This document shows positions 17,967 to 27,689 of a DNA stretch of 64,000 bases, piece by piece (positions within the stretch are counted from its first letter, which is position 1; the number at the start of each line of letters is the position of its first letter). The stretch covers positions 1 to 64,000 of the IMG/VR virus record IMGVR_UViG_3300037264_002228. One strand, 5' to 3'. The DNA comes from a virus. A model generated the notes under the pieces. The model saw nothing but the letters and a program-made list of their open reading frames with translations. It was not told the origin of the DNA and ran no database searches. The translations under genes were made by a program, and so were the position numbers.

Positions 17967-18376
17967 AACTGTTGATTGGAACTGGTGTATATGTTGATTT
18001 TCCTACCATCAATGGTAATATATACACACGCCAAGCTGTAGAGAAAGCAATTTCCGATCAATATTTACGAGATCGGTTAGCTAATGGAGCTATCACTGGT
18101 GGGATATTAGATCCTAAGACATGTAAACCAATTGATGATGTGATGACACATAAAGTATTGGACATTAAATTATATAAGGAAGAAATAATAGTTGAAATCG
18201 ATGTGTTTGATGATACTAATACTAAATCATTTATTAAATCATTGGAACATCCACAGGCAGCAATTGTAATGGTTAGGCCACAACAATTACGCAATGGTCA
18301 AACTATTACTGAAATAGATGAAATCCGTACTGTGCATTTAAGAGAAAATCCAATTTATAAGAGGAACGATGCTTAA
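17963..18376 (+). CDS. Degenerate prohead-protease (gp21)-like protein
   Basis: PTINGNIY...THKV...EIDVF aligns by eye with 60675..61355 (PNSNGRIY...SHVL...ELEVL) but the GISSRG serine motif is missing. Confidence 0.5.
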   Translation: MKLLIGTGVYVDFPTINGNIYTRQAVEKAISDQYLRDRLANGAITGGILDPKTCKPIDDVMTHKVLDIKLYKEEIIVEIDVFDDTNTKSFIKSLEHPQAAIVMVRPQQLRNGQTITEIDEIRTVHLRENPIYKRNDA

Positions 18377-18581
18377 TATTCACGAAGCTGTCCAAAAAAT
18401 TAAAAAGGTTGGGTCTTCTAATGTTCGTGTTATACCGATGGACGGACAACCAGCACTAACTGGTCTGCACAAAATTGAAATTAGAGACCAAGGTGTATGG
18501 ATTACTATTGTTGAGGGGGTCCAAAAACGGATGGCTGAAGATATAGTAACCCAAGCTATTAATAAGGTAATCTTAGGTTAG
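18369..18581 (+). CDS. Hypothetical protein
   Basis: 70-aa ORF with RBS GAGG. Confidence 0.65.
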   Translation: MLNIHEAVQKIKKVGSSNVRVIPMDGQPALTGLHKIEIRDQGVWITIVEGVQKRMAEDIVTQAINKVILG

Positions 18582-18694
18582 TGCATATTCACATATACTA
18601 ATTTCAAGCAAATCTACTATGAGGGTTGAAAAAACTCATGGTGGGTTTCCCTCAGGCCTTTTTCACAATAAGTGCCGCGAGGAGGTGTTAAGCA

Positions 18695-19108
18695 ATGGCC
18701 AGTCAACCAGCAAATACTCTGATCAACGTTCGGTACACGGTTCGTTCATACCGTGACGGCGTCCGACACGAGGCAGTTTTGGCTCTGTTAGGTGGTGTCC
18801 TTGGTGGAGGTATGCGTGGTCTTAAGATGTCCGTCCCAGGTGACGAGACTCTTATGACAGAAACGCGTGAGACTCTAGGATCTACTGAGTCTGCTATCTT
18901 GAGTACTTCAATGACAGAAGGTCGTACAACCGGTCTTCCAGTTGTTCGTACTTTCAAGACAGTAACAACTGCTAAGAATGCTGTAGATAACGCAACATTT
19001 GGAGCTAATTTGGCTCAAATGGTACGTATCGGTCGAGATGTGTTCTTCCACAAGATTAACGCAAATCTGACAGATGATCTACACGCTCAGCTGCGTGGTG
19101 TCAACTAA
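18695..19108 (+). CDS. Hypothetical protein, likely highly expressed (possibly virion)
   Basis: Strong RBS GGAGGTG, promoter-like AAATCTA at about 18610, downstream hairpin, higher GC similar to the sheath gene. Confidence 0.75.
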   Translation: MASQPANTLINVRYTVRSYRDGVRHEAVLALLGGVLGGGMRGLKMSVPGDETLMTETRETLGSTESAILSTSMTEGRTTGLPVVRTFKTVTTAKNAVDNATFGANLAQMVRIGRDVFFHKINANLTDDLHAQLRGVN

Positions 19109-19135
19109 TTTTAAGTAATTAGTCGGAATGGGAAC

Positions 19136-19163
19136 TGGGCCTGGGACGCAAGTCCCAGGCCCA
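19136..19163 (+). terminator. 12-bp GC-rich hairpin with a GCAA tetraloop (terminator or mRNA 3' stabiliser)
   Basis: TGGGCCTGGGAC-GCAA-GTCCCAGGCCCA, 28 nt after the stop codon; no U-tract. Confidence 0.7.
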
Positions 19164-19189
19164 ATCCATATCCGGACAAAAATAGACTA

Positions 19190-19663
19190 ATGAAAATTAA
19201 ATGTCTATTTGAAGACCATAAACGATTATATTATCGAATTTTGTCGGTTGAAAGTGGTGTTGATGGATACTTCAATAATAATTTGTCGAAAATTCTAGAG
19301 ATACTTAGTGGCCTAAAGATTGATAGAAATGATTATGGTAGTGTCACTACATATTTAGATATTGGAGAAGAACGAAAATTCGACCCAACTCGTGGACCAG
19401 ATTGGGTAGCAAATAGAGCAATTGAATGGTTTGCGTTTAAATTTTTGAATGGCAAACCAGTTATTGAATTCCATCAAGATGTTGAAGAACTTGATGAAAA
19501 TAATAGCATGTTAAGATTAGATAAAGCTGTTGATATTAATACATTTACGAATGTTGATGTATCACCATTAGGTGAATGGGTTGGTGGCAAGGGTGCATCT
19601 AGAGAAATAATATTAAACAACGATGTAGATATTATTGATTATCTTAAAAGAAAAATGGAATAA
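19190..19663 (+). CDS. Hypothetical protein (possible internal head protein)
   Basis: N-terminal MKIKCLFE; late-like motif upstream. Confidence 0.6.
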   Translation: MKIKCLFEDHKRLYYRILSVESGVDGYFNNNLSKILEILSGLKIDRNDYGSVTTYLDIGEERKFDPTRGPDWVANRAIEWFAFKFLNGKPVIEFHQDVEELDENNSMLRLDKAVDINTFTNVDVSPLGEWVGGKGASREIILNNDVDIIDYLKRKME

Positions 19664-19698
19664 TCTGGTATCATACGTACCTAAAAATTAGGTGACGA

Positions 19699-20610
19699 AT
19701 GCCAGAATTTGAAAACATCACACGCGTAACAGTGCCAGAATTAGAAGCAATTCTTGGAAAACCTTTTAAAATTTTAAATGACGGTTTTATTAGAGTTGTA
19801 GACTATATGGGCGCAGATGAATCAATAGTTCAAGCTGCCAGAGTTTCTTATGGTAAAGGAACCAAGAAAGTTAGTGAAGATGAAGGATTAATTAGGTTCC
19901 TAATGCGCCATCGACATACTACACCATTTGAAATGTGTGAAATTAAATTACATGTGCGTGTGCCTATGGATCATTGGAGACAATGGATAAGGCATAGGAC
20001 GGCCAATGTTAATGAATATAGCACTAGATATAGTGAAGCCATTGATTCAACTCAAAACACATTGCCTGGAGAATGGCGAATTCAAGGATTAGGTAATAAA
20101 CAAGGTAGCAGTGGCTATATTGATGTTGTTGACGGTGAACAGTTAACTAAAAGTGAAAAAGAATTGCATGAGTATACACGTAAAGTATACGAAGAAAGAT
20201 TGGCTAAGGGTGTTGCTAGAGAGCAGGCCAGAAAAGATTTACCGCTGTCAACATACACTGAAGCGTATTGGAAAGTAGACTTACATAATCTATTACATTT
20301 CTTGGGTTTGAGAATGGACCCACATGCACAATTAGAAATTAGAAAATATGCTAATATTATGGGTGACATACTAAGTAAATGGGTACCACTTACATGGAAG
20401 GCGTATCTTGATTATAGAATGAATGCATTGACATTATCTTCTAGAGATACGGCTATCATAAAGGCACTTAATTTAAGTGATTTTAGTGCTGCCGCTAAAG
20501 AATTAGCAGAAGAATATGGTTGGCTTAAAAATGGCATACCAGCTAAAAACCGTGAGCGTGAGGAATTTGAATATAAATTAGACAAACTAGGAATATCAAT
20601 TCCATGGTAA
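19699..20610 (+). CDS. thyX: FAD-dependent thymidylate synthase
   Basis: AARVSY, HTTPFE, RHRTANVNEYSTRY ThyX motif, HAQLEIR. Confidence 0.97.
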   Translation: MPEFENITRVTVPELEAILGKPFKILNDGFIRVVDYMGADESIVQAARVSYGKGTKKVSEDEGLIRFLMRHRHTTPFEMCEIKLHVRVPMDHWRQWIRHRTANVNEYSTRYSEAIDSTQNTLPGEWRIQGLGNKQGSSGYIDVVDGEQLTKSEKELHEYTRKVYEERLAKGVAREQARKDLPLSTYTEAYWKVDLHNLLHFLGLRMDPHAQLEIRKYANIMGDILSKWVPLTWKAYLDYRMNALTLSSRDTAIIKALNLSDFSAAAKELAEEYGWLKNGIPAKNREREEFEYKLDKLGISIPW

Positions 20611-20629
20611 ATGACAGCAAAAATATTAT

Positions 20630-21205
20630 ATGCCATTATATTCATCTTCAACACGCCGCCCGAACCTAATGGGGCCGGTGCATGACAAGCAGGTACCGTT
20701 TATAGCTTATGCTAATTACCCATCTTCTGTTGTTGAATCTTTAGGATTCAGACGCAGATTTGAAGTTTTTAGAGATCTTGAAAAAGGATCTATCGTAATT
20801 GAAACTGCATTATTAGATGCAGGATTTAATATCGCTACTCCGGTAGCTTTTACTATTCAAATGGCACAGACACCAGCTAGATACACAATAGTTGGTTTTG
20901 CTAGTGAAGTTGATTTGTTAGGTGGAACAACTGGAGATCCAGTTGTTGATCCTGGTGTTGAACCAAATACACAAATTACACATAGTGGAACTATTGACGG
21001 CGAAAAAACGTCACTTATGACGCCACCACAAGGACACCAAACTTGGGGCGATACTCCAACTGACACAAATCGTAATTATGCATTTACGTTGAAGTCAGCG
21101 TTGGAATCTGCTGTTTCTGGATTAAGAATTTTCTATCTTGACATTAATGGTGTCAAATATGGACAAATTCCAAATCGTAAGGGATTCTTTAGTTTCACGT
21201 CATAA
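20630..21205 (+). CDS. Hypothetical protein (late gene)
   Basis: 191-aa ORF; AAAAATA-N4-ATG. Confidence 0.65.
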   Translation: MPLYSSSTRRPNLMGPVHDKQVPFIAYANYPSSVVESLGFRRRFEVFRDLEKGSIVIETALLDAGFNIATPVAFTIQMAQTPARYTIVGFASEVDLLGGTTGDPVVDPGVEPNTQITHSGTIDGEKTSLMTPPQGHQTWGDTPTDTNRNYAFTLKSALESAVSGLRIFYLDINGVKYGQIPNRKGFFSFTS

Positions 21206-21214
21206 GGTCTTTAT

Positions 21215-21538
21215 ATGGCCTATATTCCCGGCGAAGACGAATTAGAAAGTGCCGGTGATGATGATAGACTACTTACGTCAGTTTATTCTGATATAATATC
21301 ATTAGAACCTGGAAAAACATTTCCAAATATCTATGGTTCTACACGATTTGGTAGTCACGGTTATGTAACCGGTTTTACTATAGCTCCAGATATTTCATTT
21401 CTAGAAGTGCATTATCATGAACTTGAATTTAAAATTATACCTGAACATACAGGATCAGGATTACACGACGACGACCAATTTGGTGACACCACTGTTGCTT
21501 TTAGAATCAAAGGATCAAAAGGTTGGCATCTGCCGTAA
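21215..21538 (+). CDS. Hypothetical protein
   Basis: 107-aa ORF co-oriented in operon. Confidence 0.6.
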   Translation: MAYIPGEDELESAGDDDRLLTSVYSDIISLEPGKTFPNIYGSTRFGSHGYVTGFTIAPDISFLEVHYHELEFKIIPEHTGSGLHDDDQFGDTTVAFRIKGSKGWHLP

Positions 21539-21566
21539 GTGATATTCAATTTTTCAAATTTCAAGT

Positions 21567-22355
21567 ATGAAATATGGATTTGTAATTGGAACTTACGGGT
21601 CATTGCCTTCAGTAGATCTCAATATATCTAATATCAAACACTTCTTTGGTAATGTTCCTATATTAATAAATGATGATGCTAGTGGAGTTGATTTTTCTAA
21701 TTTAATTGCGGCTCGTAAATGCTCATTAAATGTTAATGATGTAAATTATGGTCATGTACTAGGTGATCTTTCTGCATTTATTAATGGATTAAAATGGGCA
21801 CGTCATAATAATATCGATGTACTTATAAAAATTTCTCGTAAACTATTGTTTAGATATGATTTAAAACAATACTTAAATAAAATAATTGAATCGCACCATG
21901 ATTTTGAATGCGTGTCTTCTGACTATTATAATTTTGGTTATATGACATCATTGTTTGCAATGCATACTAAACGATTTAGTAATAAACATTTAAAGAGTAT
22001 GAAGATAGCTTTAGATATGATGTGTTTCCCGCCAGAATATGAAAACCATAAGAAGTTGTTAATTTCTAAAAAATTGTATTCTAATCACACACAGAAGATG
22101 AATCAAGAACTTTATTTTAGACATTGTTTAAAAGTTAATCCAATAACCGTTGAATGGTGGCAACATCGAATGTTTGTATGGGGTGGTCTAAAACATTTAA
22201 GCATTCGTACAAATGGTTTTTCTGAATTGCCGCTTACATATCAAAACTTAACACAAGAAGGTAAGTTTATGGTACACCATAAAGCATTAGAAATAAATCA
22301 GGCTTTATGTAAAAAATATGGTCTTTCTTATACGGCAAAAGAATTACTACAATGA
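21567..22355 (+). CDS. Putative GT-A glycosyltransferase
   Basis: GFVIGTY, ILINDDAS, NYGH; AT-rich like the other GT genes. Confidence 0.55.
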   Translation: MKYGFVIGTYGSLPSVDLNISNIKHFFGNVPILINDDASGVDFSNLIAARKCSLNVNDVNYGHVLGDLSAFINGLKWARHNNIDVLIKISRKLLFRYDLKQYLNKIIESHHDFECVSSDYYNFGYMTSLFAMHTKRFSNKHLKSMKIALDMMCFPPEYENHKKLLISKKLYSNHTQKMNQELYFRHCLKVNPITVEWWQHRMFVWGGLKHLSIRTNGFSELPLTYQNLTQEGKFMVHHKALEINQALCKKYGLSYTAKELLQ

Positions 22356-22984
22356 TTAAAAAACCTGTATTAGACCATCAATTATTCTTTTGTGTTGAAA
22401 CTATTTCATCTGGATATCGTCAACTATATTGGTGTTTAGCTAATTTAAGAAAACATTATCCATTAGCTCATGTTTTAGTTATAGTAGAAGGTGAGAATAT
22501 ATCTAATCTTGATATGTTTAAAGTAAATGTGATATATGGTAAAAACTTATGGAATGTCGATATTGGTGGATGCGGTCAATTATGGAATCGTAGATTTAAA
22601 TATTTTCTAAAAAGCAATAAACAATATTTATTTAGGATAGATTCCGACACTAAGATTGAGAAGAGATTAAGCTTCCTTCCTGTTATTGATTGTGTATTTG
22701 GAACTGTTGTTGGATGTAGTGAGCGACGTTTTATACAAGGTGGTTTTGTTGGTTTAACTAGAAATATAGCCGTCAAAATTCTCAAATCTGGTGTTTTGAT
22801 GAATAGAAAATTTAATGACTATAAATATTATGTTAATAAGAAATGGCTAGCATCAGATGATAGGGCATTGAAAGAATTGAATATGATTGGAGTGCCATTC
22901 TATAATCACCCAGAAATAAAATGTGTATGGAGAGGATCTGTACAAAGTGGCAAATATGCTATTACACATCCACATAAAATATAG
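22352..22984 (+). CDS. Putative GT-A glycosyltransferase
   Basis: LFRIDSDT, QGG, SDD, THPHK. Confidence 0.6.
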   Translation: MIKKPVLDHQLFFCVETISSGYRQLYWCLANLRKHYPLAHVLVIVEGENISNLDMFKVNVIYGKNLWNVDIGGCGQLWNRRFKYFLKSNKQYLFRIDSDTKIEKRLSFLPVIDCVFGTVVGCSERRFIQGGFVGLTRNIAVKILKSGVLMNRKFNDYKYYVNKKWLASDDRALKELNMIGVPFYNHPEIKCVWRGSVQSGKYAITHPHKI

Positions 22985-22999
22985 CTTCAAATATATAAT

Positions 23000-23743
23000 A
23001 TGGCAATATTAGGCCCAGCACAACTTCCTCTTGTATTAAAAGTAGATAGCAATCCTCTTAAGTTCCATGCCATAAGTCAGCTAGGTCACCCGGTTGTAAA
23101 TGTTGAACTTATGGAACCACAGATGGAGCAAGTGCTTCGTTCTACTGGTGATTGGATTGCGCAATATTTTCCATTAGAAGAACGTTATGCGTTCTTCATG
23201 ACACAACCACTTCAAGCCGAGTATCCTTTACCAGAGGATGCATATTGGATTAGGCATGTGAGTTGGGATCCAGCAATCTCAAACATTAACAACATTTTCG
23301 GCGCTGAGAGCTTTCTATTTAATATAGGAAATATTTCTGGAATTCAGAACTTGTTAACAGATTACCATTTGTTACAATCTTATCGCAAGTTTAGTCAGCG
23401 TATTCTTAGTAATGAAGGACAATGGGAATTTAAAGTAGAAGCTAACACAATTAGATTATTTCCAGCTCCAAAAGGATCATTTCCAGTTGTTGTTGAATAT
23501 CTTCCAACAATTAATGCATTTAAATCACCACAAGCACGTGAAGTAACATATAGGGCGTTTTTGGCACAAATGAAAATAGCCCTTGGTCATGCTCGTAGAA
23601 AGTTTGGCGGAATTCCTGGGCCAGATGGCAGTACGATCAACTTCGATGGTGGCGATCTTGTAAATGAGGGTCGTGAAGAATATGCCAAAGCAGTAGAAGA
23701 TGCAATATTGCTTGGAGAACCATTGGGACCATACGTTTGGTAA
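23000..23743 (+). CDS. Neck protein, T4 gp13-like
   Basis: QLGHPVVNVEL N-terminus and LG..RRKFGGIPGPDG..INFDG C-terminus. Confidence 0.8.
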   Translation: MAILGPAQLPLVLKVDSNPLKFHAISQLGHPVVNVELMEPQMEQVLRSTGDWIAQYFPLEERYAFFMTQPLQAEYPLPEDAYWIRHVSWDPAISNINNIFGAESFLFNIGNISGIQNLLTDYHLLQSYRKFSQRILSNEGQWEFKVEANTIRLFPAPKGSFPVVVEYLPTINAFKSPQAREVTYRAFLAQMKIALGHARRKFGGIPGPDGSTINFDGGDLVNEGREEYAKAVEDAILLGEPLGPYVW

Positions 23744-23756
23744 CCAAACATATTAT

Positions 23757-24116
23757 ATGATTAATATTGCTAATAAATTGACAGTATTGCCTGGCAATAT
23801 TATATTAATACCCGGCTGTGAACCATTGAGTGAATTATCGTCTTTATCATTGTCGGCTAACATTAATTGCAAATCTTCTGTCATAACGCTAGCAGCTGCG
23901 CTTGAAGCAATACCAGGATCGACAGTTGAAATTCTATCAAACCCAAAATCATTTTTCTTTGTTTTACCAGAAGGACCGCCAACTACGCCTGGATGCAATT
24001 CATGTGATAGTGGTGTTGATTGGTACCAGATATTGCGCGATGCAACTACTCCAACGCAACCTCAGGAACCGGATGTTCCGGGACTATGCGATCCATTTGC
24101 TATGCCGAGGTGTTAA
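23757..24116 (+). CDS. Cys-containing hypothetical protein
   Basis: ATG at 23757 follows AAACATA-N4; the track's 23700 start overlaps the gp13-like gene. Confidence 0.55.
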   Translation: MINIANKLTVLPGNIILIPGCEPLSELSSLSLSANINCKSSVITLAAALEAIPGSTVEILSNPKSFFFVLPEGPPTTPGCNSCDSGVDWYQILRDATTPTQPQEPDVPGLCDPFAMPRC

Positions 24117-25394
24117 ATGGATACAATGAAATTTCGTCTCAAGTTGCGTCAATATCTAATGGAAGAAGTGCAGCCACAAGAAGTTATTATGATGGCTGGT
24201 TTCCCAGATCAAGGTGATAAAGCTGAATGGGGATCATTTTTAAAAATTGTCGGATTTGACCGTGCCATGAGTTCTGGTGTTACTGGATTCGGTAAAGAAG
24301 GTGATGAGGATGCTGGTGCGTGGAAAGTATCAGGATTACCAGAGGTAAGTGAACTAGGAAAACAAAATCCATCACCATGGTCATTGTTCATGGATTGGAT
24401 GTGGAAATATTTAAAGGACAAGGGTTTTAGTCCAGCACCAGCTTCCGGGTTTGGTGATGTAAAAACACCGTATGGCAAATTAAAACCATATCAAAAACGT
24501 CAGCGTAAATATGGAGTTCCAGCCGAAATTCCGCCAGAGACGGACCCAGCGACGATTCAGAAATTTGCACATGGTTGGCCGTCTAAACAATATGCTGGTA
24601 GTGGCACTATTCCAGGCGGAGGATACGACGTAAAACGCGATGTAACAATTGCCATTAGCCCAATGGGCAATGATATGGATCAAGTTTTTAAAAATTTAGA
24701 CAAAATATTTAAGTCAGCACCAATTCCATCATGGTTTAAGATTAGATCAGATGAAGATAACTACCGTTGGGCCGTATCTGTAGATATTGATGCGGATGAT
24801 GTTCCAGAAGGATGGAAAGAACGAAAATCATCAATTGATGCGTTCAGGCTTGAAAATCGTGAGCGTTGGAATGATGCAATTACAACCTTATCTGGTGGAA
24901 GAACAAACCCATTACAGCTTGCGCCGTTAGTTAGGGCGTTTTTGGTTGTGAAACATGGTTTTCAGCCACCATTGAGCGTTGATGTTTTAAATAAAGAAGA
25001 TTTTGATAAGGCTGTTGGTATAATTAAAAACACTTCTTTAGAAGATATTGTACAATTTGCTAAGGAAACAAATAGACCAATGCCAATAGTTTCACAAGCA
25101 TCTGCTGCAAGAGAATCTATAAAATCTAAATTGACAACTCGTTGGAATCAAATCGTGCAACACTTAGCTGACCAAGGAGCTACTGAATCATATGTAGTAC
25201 AAGTGGCGTTAGCTGATTATATGGCTAAAAAGGGTGGTTTTTCAGAACCATTTGATGCAGATGATCTAACACCACAGCAATTATCCAAAGCAATCACTAT
25301 TGCTGGCCGATTGATGTATAGCGATTTAGATGTGTCATCTGTTGAAGACGATATTGAACGCCTTAAAGAGACAGACCCTACCAAAGGGTTATAA
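24117..25394 (+). CDS. Hypothetical protein (possible internal head protein)
   Basis: 425-aa ORF; N-terminal KLRQYLMEE. Confidence 0.65.
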   Translation: MDTMKFRLKLRQYLMEEVQPQEVIMMAGFPDQGDKAEWGSFLKIVGFDRAMSSGVTGFGKEGDEDAGAWKVSGLPEVSELGKQNPSPWSLFMDWMWKYLKDKGFSPAPASGFGDVKTPYGKLKPYQKRQRKYGVPAEIPPETDPATIQKFAHGWPSKQYAGSGTIPGGGYDVKRDVTIAISPMGNDMDQVFKNLDKIFKSAPIPSWFKIRSDEDNYRWAVSVDIDADDVPEGWKERKSSIDAFRLENRERWNDAITTLSGGRTNPLQLAPLVRAFLVVKHGFQPPLSVDVLNKEDFDKAVGIIKNTSLEDIVQFAKETNRPMPIVSQASAARESIKSKLTTRWNQIVQHLADQGATESYVVQVALADYMAKKGGFSEPFDADDLTPQQLSKAITIAGRLMYSDLDVSSVEDDIERLKETDPTKGL

Positions 25395-25425
25395 TTTTTA
25401 ATCTGCCATAATACAAATATAAATT

Positions 25426-25548
25426 ATGGCCGATAGAAAGCTACAAAAACATTTATGGTATGTGTCTAATGATTATCAACTCATGTGTATGAATTGCAAT
25501 AAAGCTAAAGGATCTTATGGCGAATGCCCACATGAGGTGAATAAATGA
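25426..25548 (+). pseudogene. 40-aa ORF resembling the C-terminal end of an HNH endonuclease
   Basis: MADRKLQKHLWYVSNDYQLMCMNCNKAKGSYGECPHEVNK; CxxCNxxKG...CPH pattern; absent from the ORF track. Confidence 0.5.
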
Positions 25549-26156
25549 TTCATAATTTCGGTCAACAGCGTGAACAGTATATTACTATAGATAGTGTTCC
25601 CGATTTCAGGACCGAAGTAGAAAAACAATTAACTCCGTTATCGATCTATAATCACGATAAGCCAGATATTGCATATGCCGAACGGATGGCCGAAGAAGTT
25701 ATTAATGTATCTGGTGCATGGATAACATTATTTCTTAAACAACCAAAGGGAGATTCAGCTGAAATTGAAGTATGGGACGAGGATGCTGATCCATTATATT
25801 CAGCTGGTAAGAAAATAAAAGCATATTTTAAGCCTGAACCTGTTTTAGCTGAATTAACTCGTTGGGGCGTAGATGTTCCTATTAGAATTACTGTTGTGTT
25901 TTCTCGCGCATCTTTAATGAACGATGTAAGTATTGGTCCTAGGCTGTTGTTACCTGGAGATGTAATTGAAGCACCATACAATTTGCCGTCTGTTTTAAAT
26001 ATGGGACCACTGAGGTTTAGGGTTCTCAATTCTTCACAAGACGGATTCTTTCATTATCGTTGGCTATATTTAAAGGCCACGTGTGAACTATTGGTTGGCG
26101 ATTTAGCAAACCAAGTAAGAACAAATAATGTTAAGAACCCAGAGGGCCGTAAATGA
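25545..26156 (+). CDS. Neck/head-completion protein, T4 gp14-like
   Basis: EEVI..SG, VWDED.DPLY, LTRWG, PGDVI; position in the neck module. Confidence 0.65.
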   Translation: MIHNFGQQREQYITIDSVPDFRTEVEKQLTPLSIYNHDKPDIAYAERMAEEVINVSGAWITLFLKQPKGDSAEIEVWDEDADPLYSAGKKIKAYFKPEPVLAELTRWGVDVPIRITVVFSRASLMNDVSIGPRLLLPGDVIEAPYNLPSVLNMGPLRFRVLNSSQDGFFHYRWLYLKATCELLVGDLANQVRTNNVKNPEGRK

Positions 26157-26566
26157 TAAAATTGAATAACATAAAAGAATTAAAAGAAGAATTAACGCGT
26201 GGTATTAATAGAGCCGCTAAAGCTTCAATAGAAGCTCTAACGGAGCATGCTAGGTCTTCTGTTGTTGAAGATTACACGAAACGCGTACAGCAATTATTTT
26301 ATCCACTTCGCAATCCAACAACGCGAGCTGTATTGGATAGTATGGCACCAAAAGATATTGCCCGAAAAATTAATAAAATAATTGCTGAAGATAAAGGCAC
26401 TATTTATATAGAACCTAAAACTGAAGCAGATAGATCTGGTCGTATGCAAGAACTATATGGCGGTAAGCCATGGCAAAAAATTAGAACCGATATGCAAAAT
26501 TTGGACTACGTTAATAAAGTGTTAAATCTTATGGGCATAAAGGGAATAAAGGCAATGTCGAGGTAA
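26153..26566 (+). CDS. Hypothetical protein (neck/tail module)
   Basis: 137-aa ORF translationally coupled to the upstream gene. Confidence 0.6.
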   Translation: MIKLNNIKELKEELTRGINRAAKASIEALTEHARSSVVEDYTKRVQQLFYPLRNPTTRAVLDSMAPKDIARKINKIIAEDKGTIYIEPKTEADRSGRMQELYGGKPWQKIRTDMQNLDYVNKVLNLMGIKGIKAMSR

Positions 26567-26569
26567 TTT

Positions 26570-27412
26570 GTGGCAGTCTACGACTTTACGTTTAATCAGC
26601 AACAAAACCGGAATCTAGGTCCGGAACGAGACCCCCTAATTACAGTTGCATTACCACAACAACCAGAATTAGAAGAACAAGATTCATTAACAAATAATGA
26701 TGTCAACCTTAATCAACCAGAAGATGTAAAATCTGTATTGGTCAGAGGTTTCTATGCTATGGATGCTGGCATTAAGAAATATTTTGAAGACATTCAGGTA
26801 CCAACCAAAGACGATACACGCAAAATAACAGTTAGAATTGCTGGTGGAGATAAAACATTTTTACAATGGTCACAAGATTTAAGATCTGGGCGTATAGGTC
26901 TCCCAGTAATGTCAATAAATCGAACTGGTTGGAGATTTAATCCAGAGAAGTTTAGTCCTCCATATATTAATATGTCTCGTAGGTTTGTTAATAATGAAGG
27001 ATCTAGAATGGCTTTGACATATAGGCCATGGCCAGCATTAATAGATTATTCATTATCTGTATGGACTGAACGTAAAAGAGATATGGAAAATATAGCATAT
27101 CAAATTCAAACTAGGTTTAACCCATTAGCCGAGTTTAGGATTGAGGACGAATCTGGATTACGTGGGTATGTGCAATTACGTTTTGGTGATGTAACGGATA
27201 ATTCTGATATTGATTTGGGAGCAGAGGAGCAGCCAAAAGTACGGTATGATTTTAGCGTGACTATGGAAGGATGGTTACCATTGCCGGAAAAAATACTTCC
27301 GACGACTCTTGGCAAGGTAATGTCCTTGCATGAGATTAATGGTAAATTTTTGGAGTCAGCTAATTCAAACGGAGCTATTATACAGGACTTTTTTAAAAGC
27401 CCGCTAGGATGA
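26570..27412 (+). CDS. Tail terminator / sheath stabiliser, T4 gp15-like
   Basis: LPVMSI, P..IDYSLSVW, QIQTRFNP, FSVTMEGWL. Confidence 0.7.
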   Translation: MAVYDFTFNQQQNRNLGPERDPLITVALPQQPELEEQDSLTNNDVNLNQPEDVKSVLVRGFYAMDAGIKKYFEDIQVPTKDDTRKITVRIAGGDKTFLQWSQDLRSGRIGLPVMSINRTGWRFNPEKFSPPYINMSRRFVNNEGSRMALTYRPWPALIDYSLSVWTERKRDMENIAYQIQTRFNPLAEFRIEDESGLRGYVQLRFGDVTDNSDIDLGAEEQPKVRYDFSVTMEGWLPLPEKILPTTLGKVMSLHEINGKFLESANSNGAIIQDFFKSPLG

Positions 27413-27416
27413 CAAT

Positions 27417-27689
27417 ATGGAAAATGATTTCAACAACTCGACCGAAGACATCAAGAAAATTGCTAAGATGCTTGATGAAGACGTTGCTGGTCCATCGGCT
27501 GGTAATAAGGAACTAGCACAATCTATCCTAGATGCAATAGAAGGCAAACGTTCCATTGATCTTCCTGGATTATATGATGAATTGGTATCAATGGGACCAA
27601 ATTATAATGATTTGGCGCAAAGTGTTCTAGACGCAATGCAAGGCAGACGCTCTATTGATCTTCCAGGGTTATATAATGCATTAATATAG
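27417..27689 (+). CDS. Small protein with an internal tandem duplication
   Basis: ELAQSILDAIEGKRSIDLPGLY / DLAQSVLDAMQGRRSIDLPGLY. Confidence 0.7.
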   Translation: MENDFNNSTEDIKKIAKMLDEDVAGPSAGNKELAQSILDAIEGKRSIDLPGLYDELVSMGPNYNDLAQSVLDAMQGRRSIDLPGLYNALI

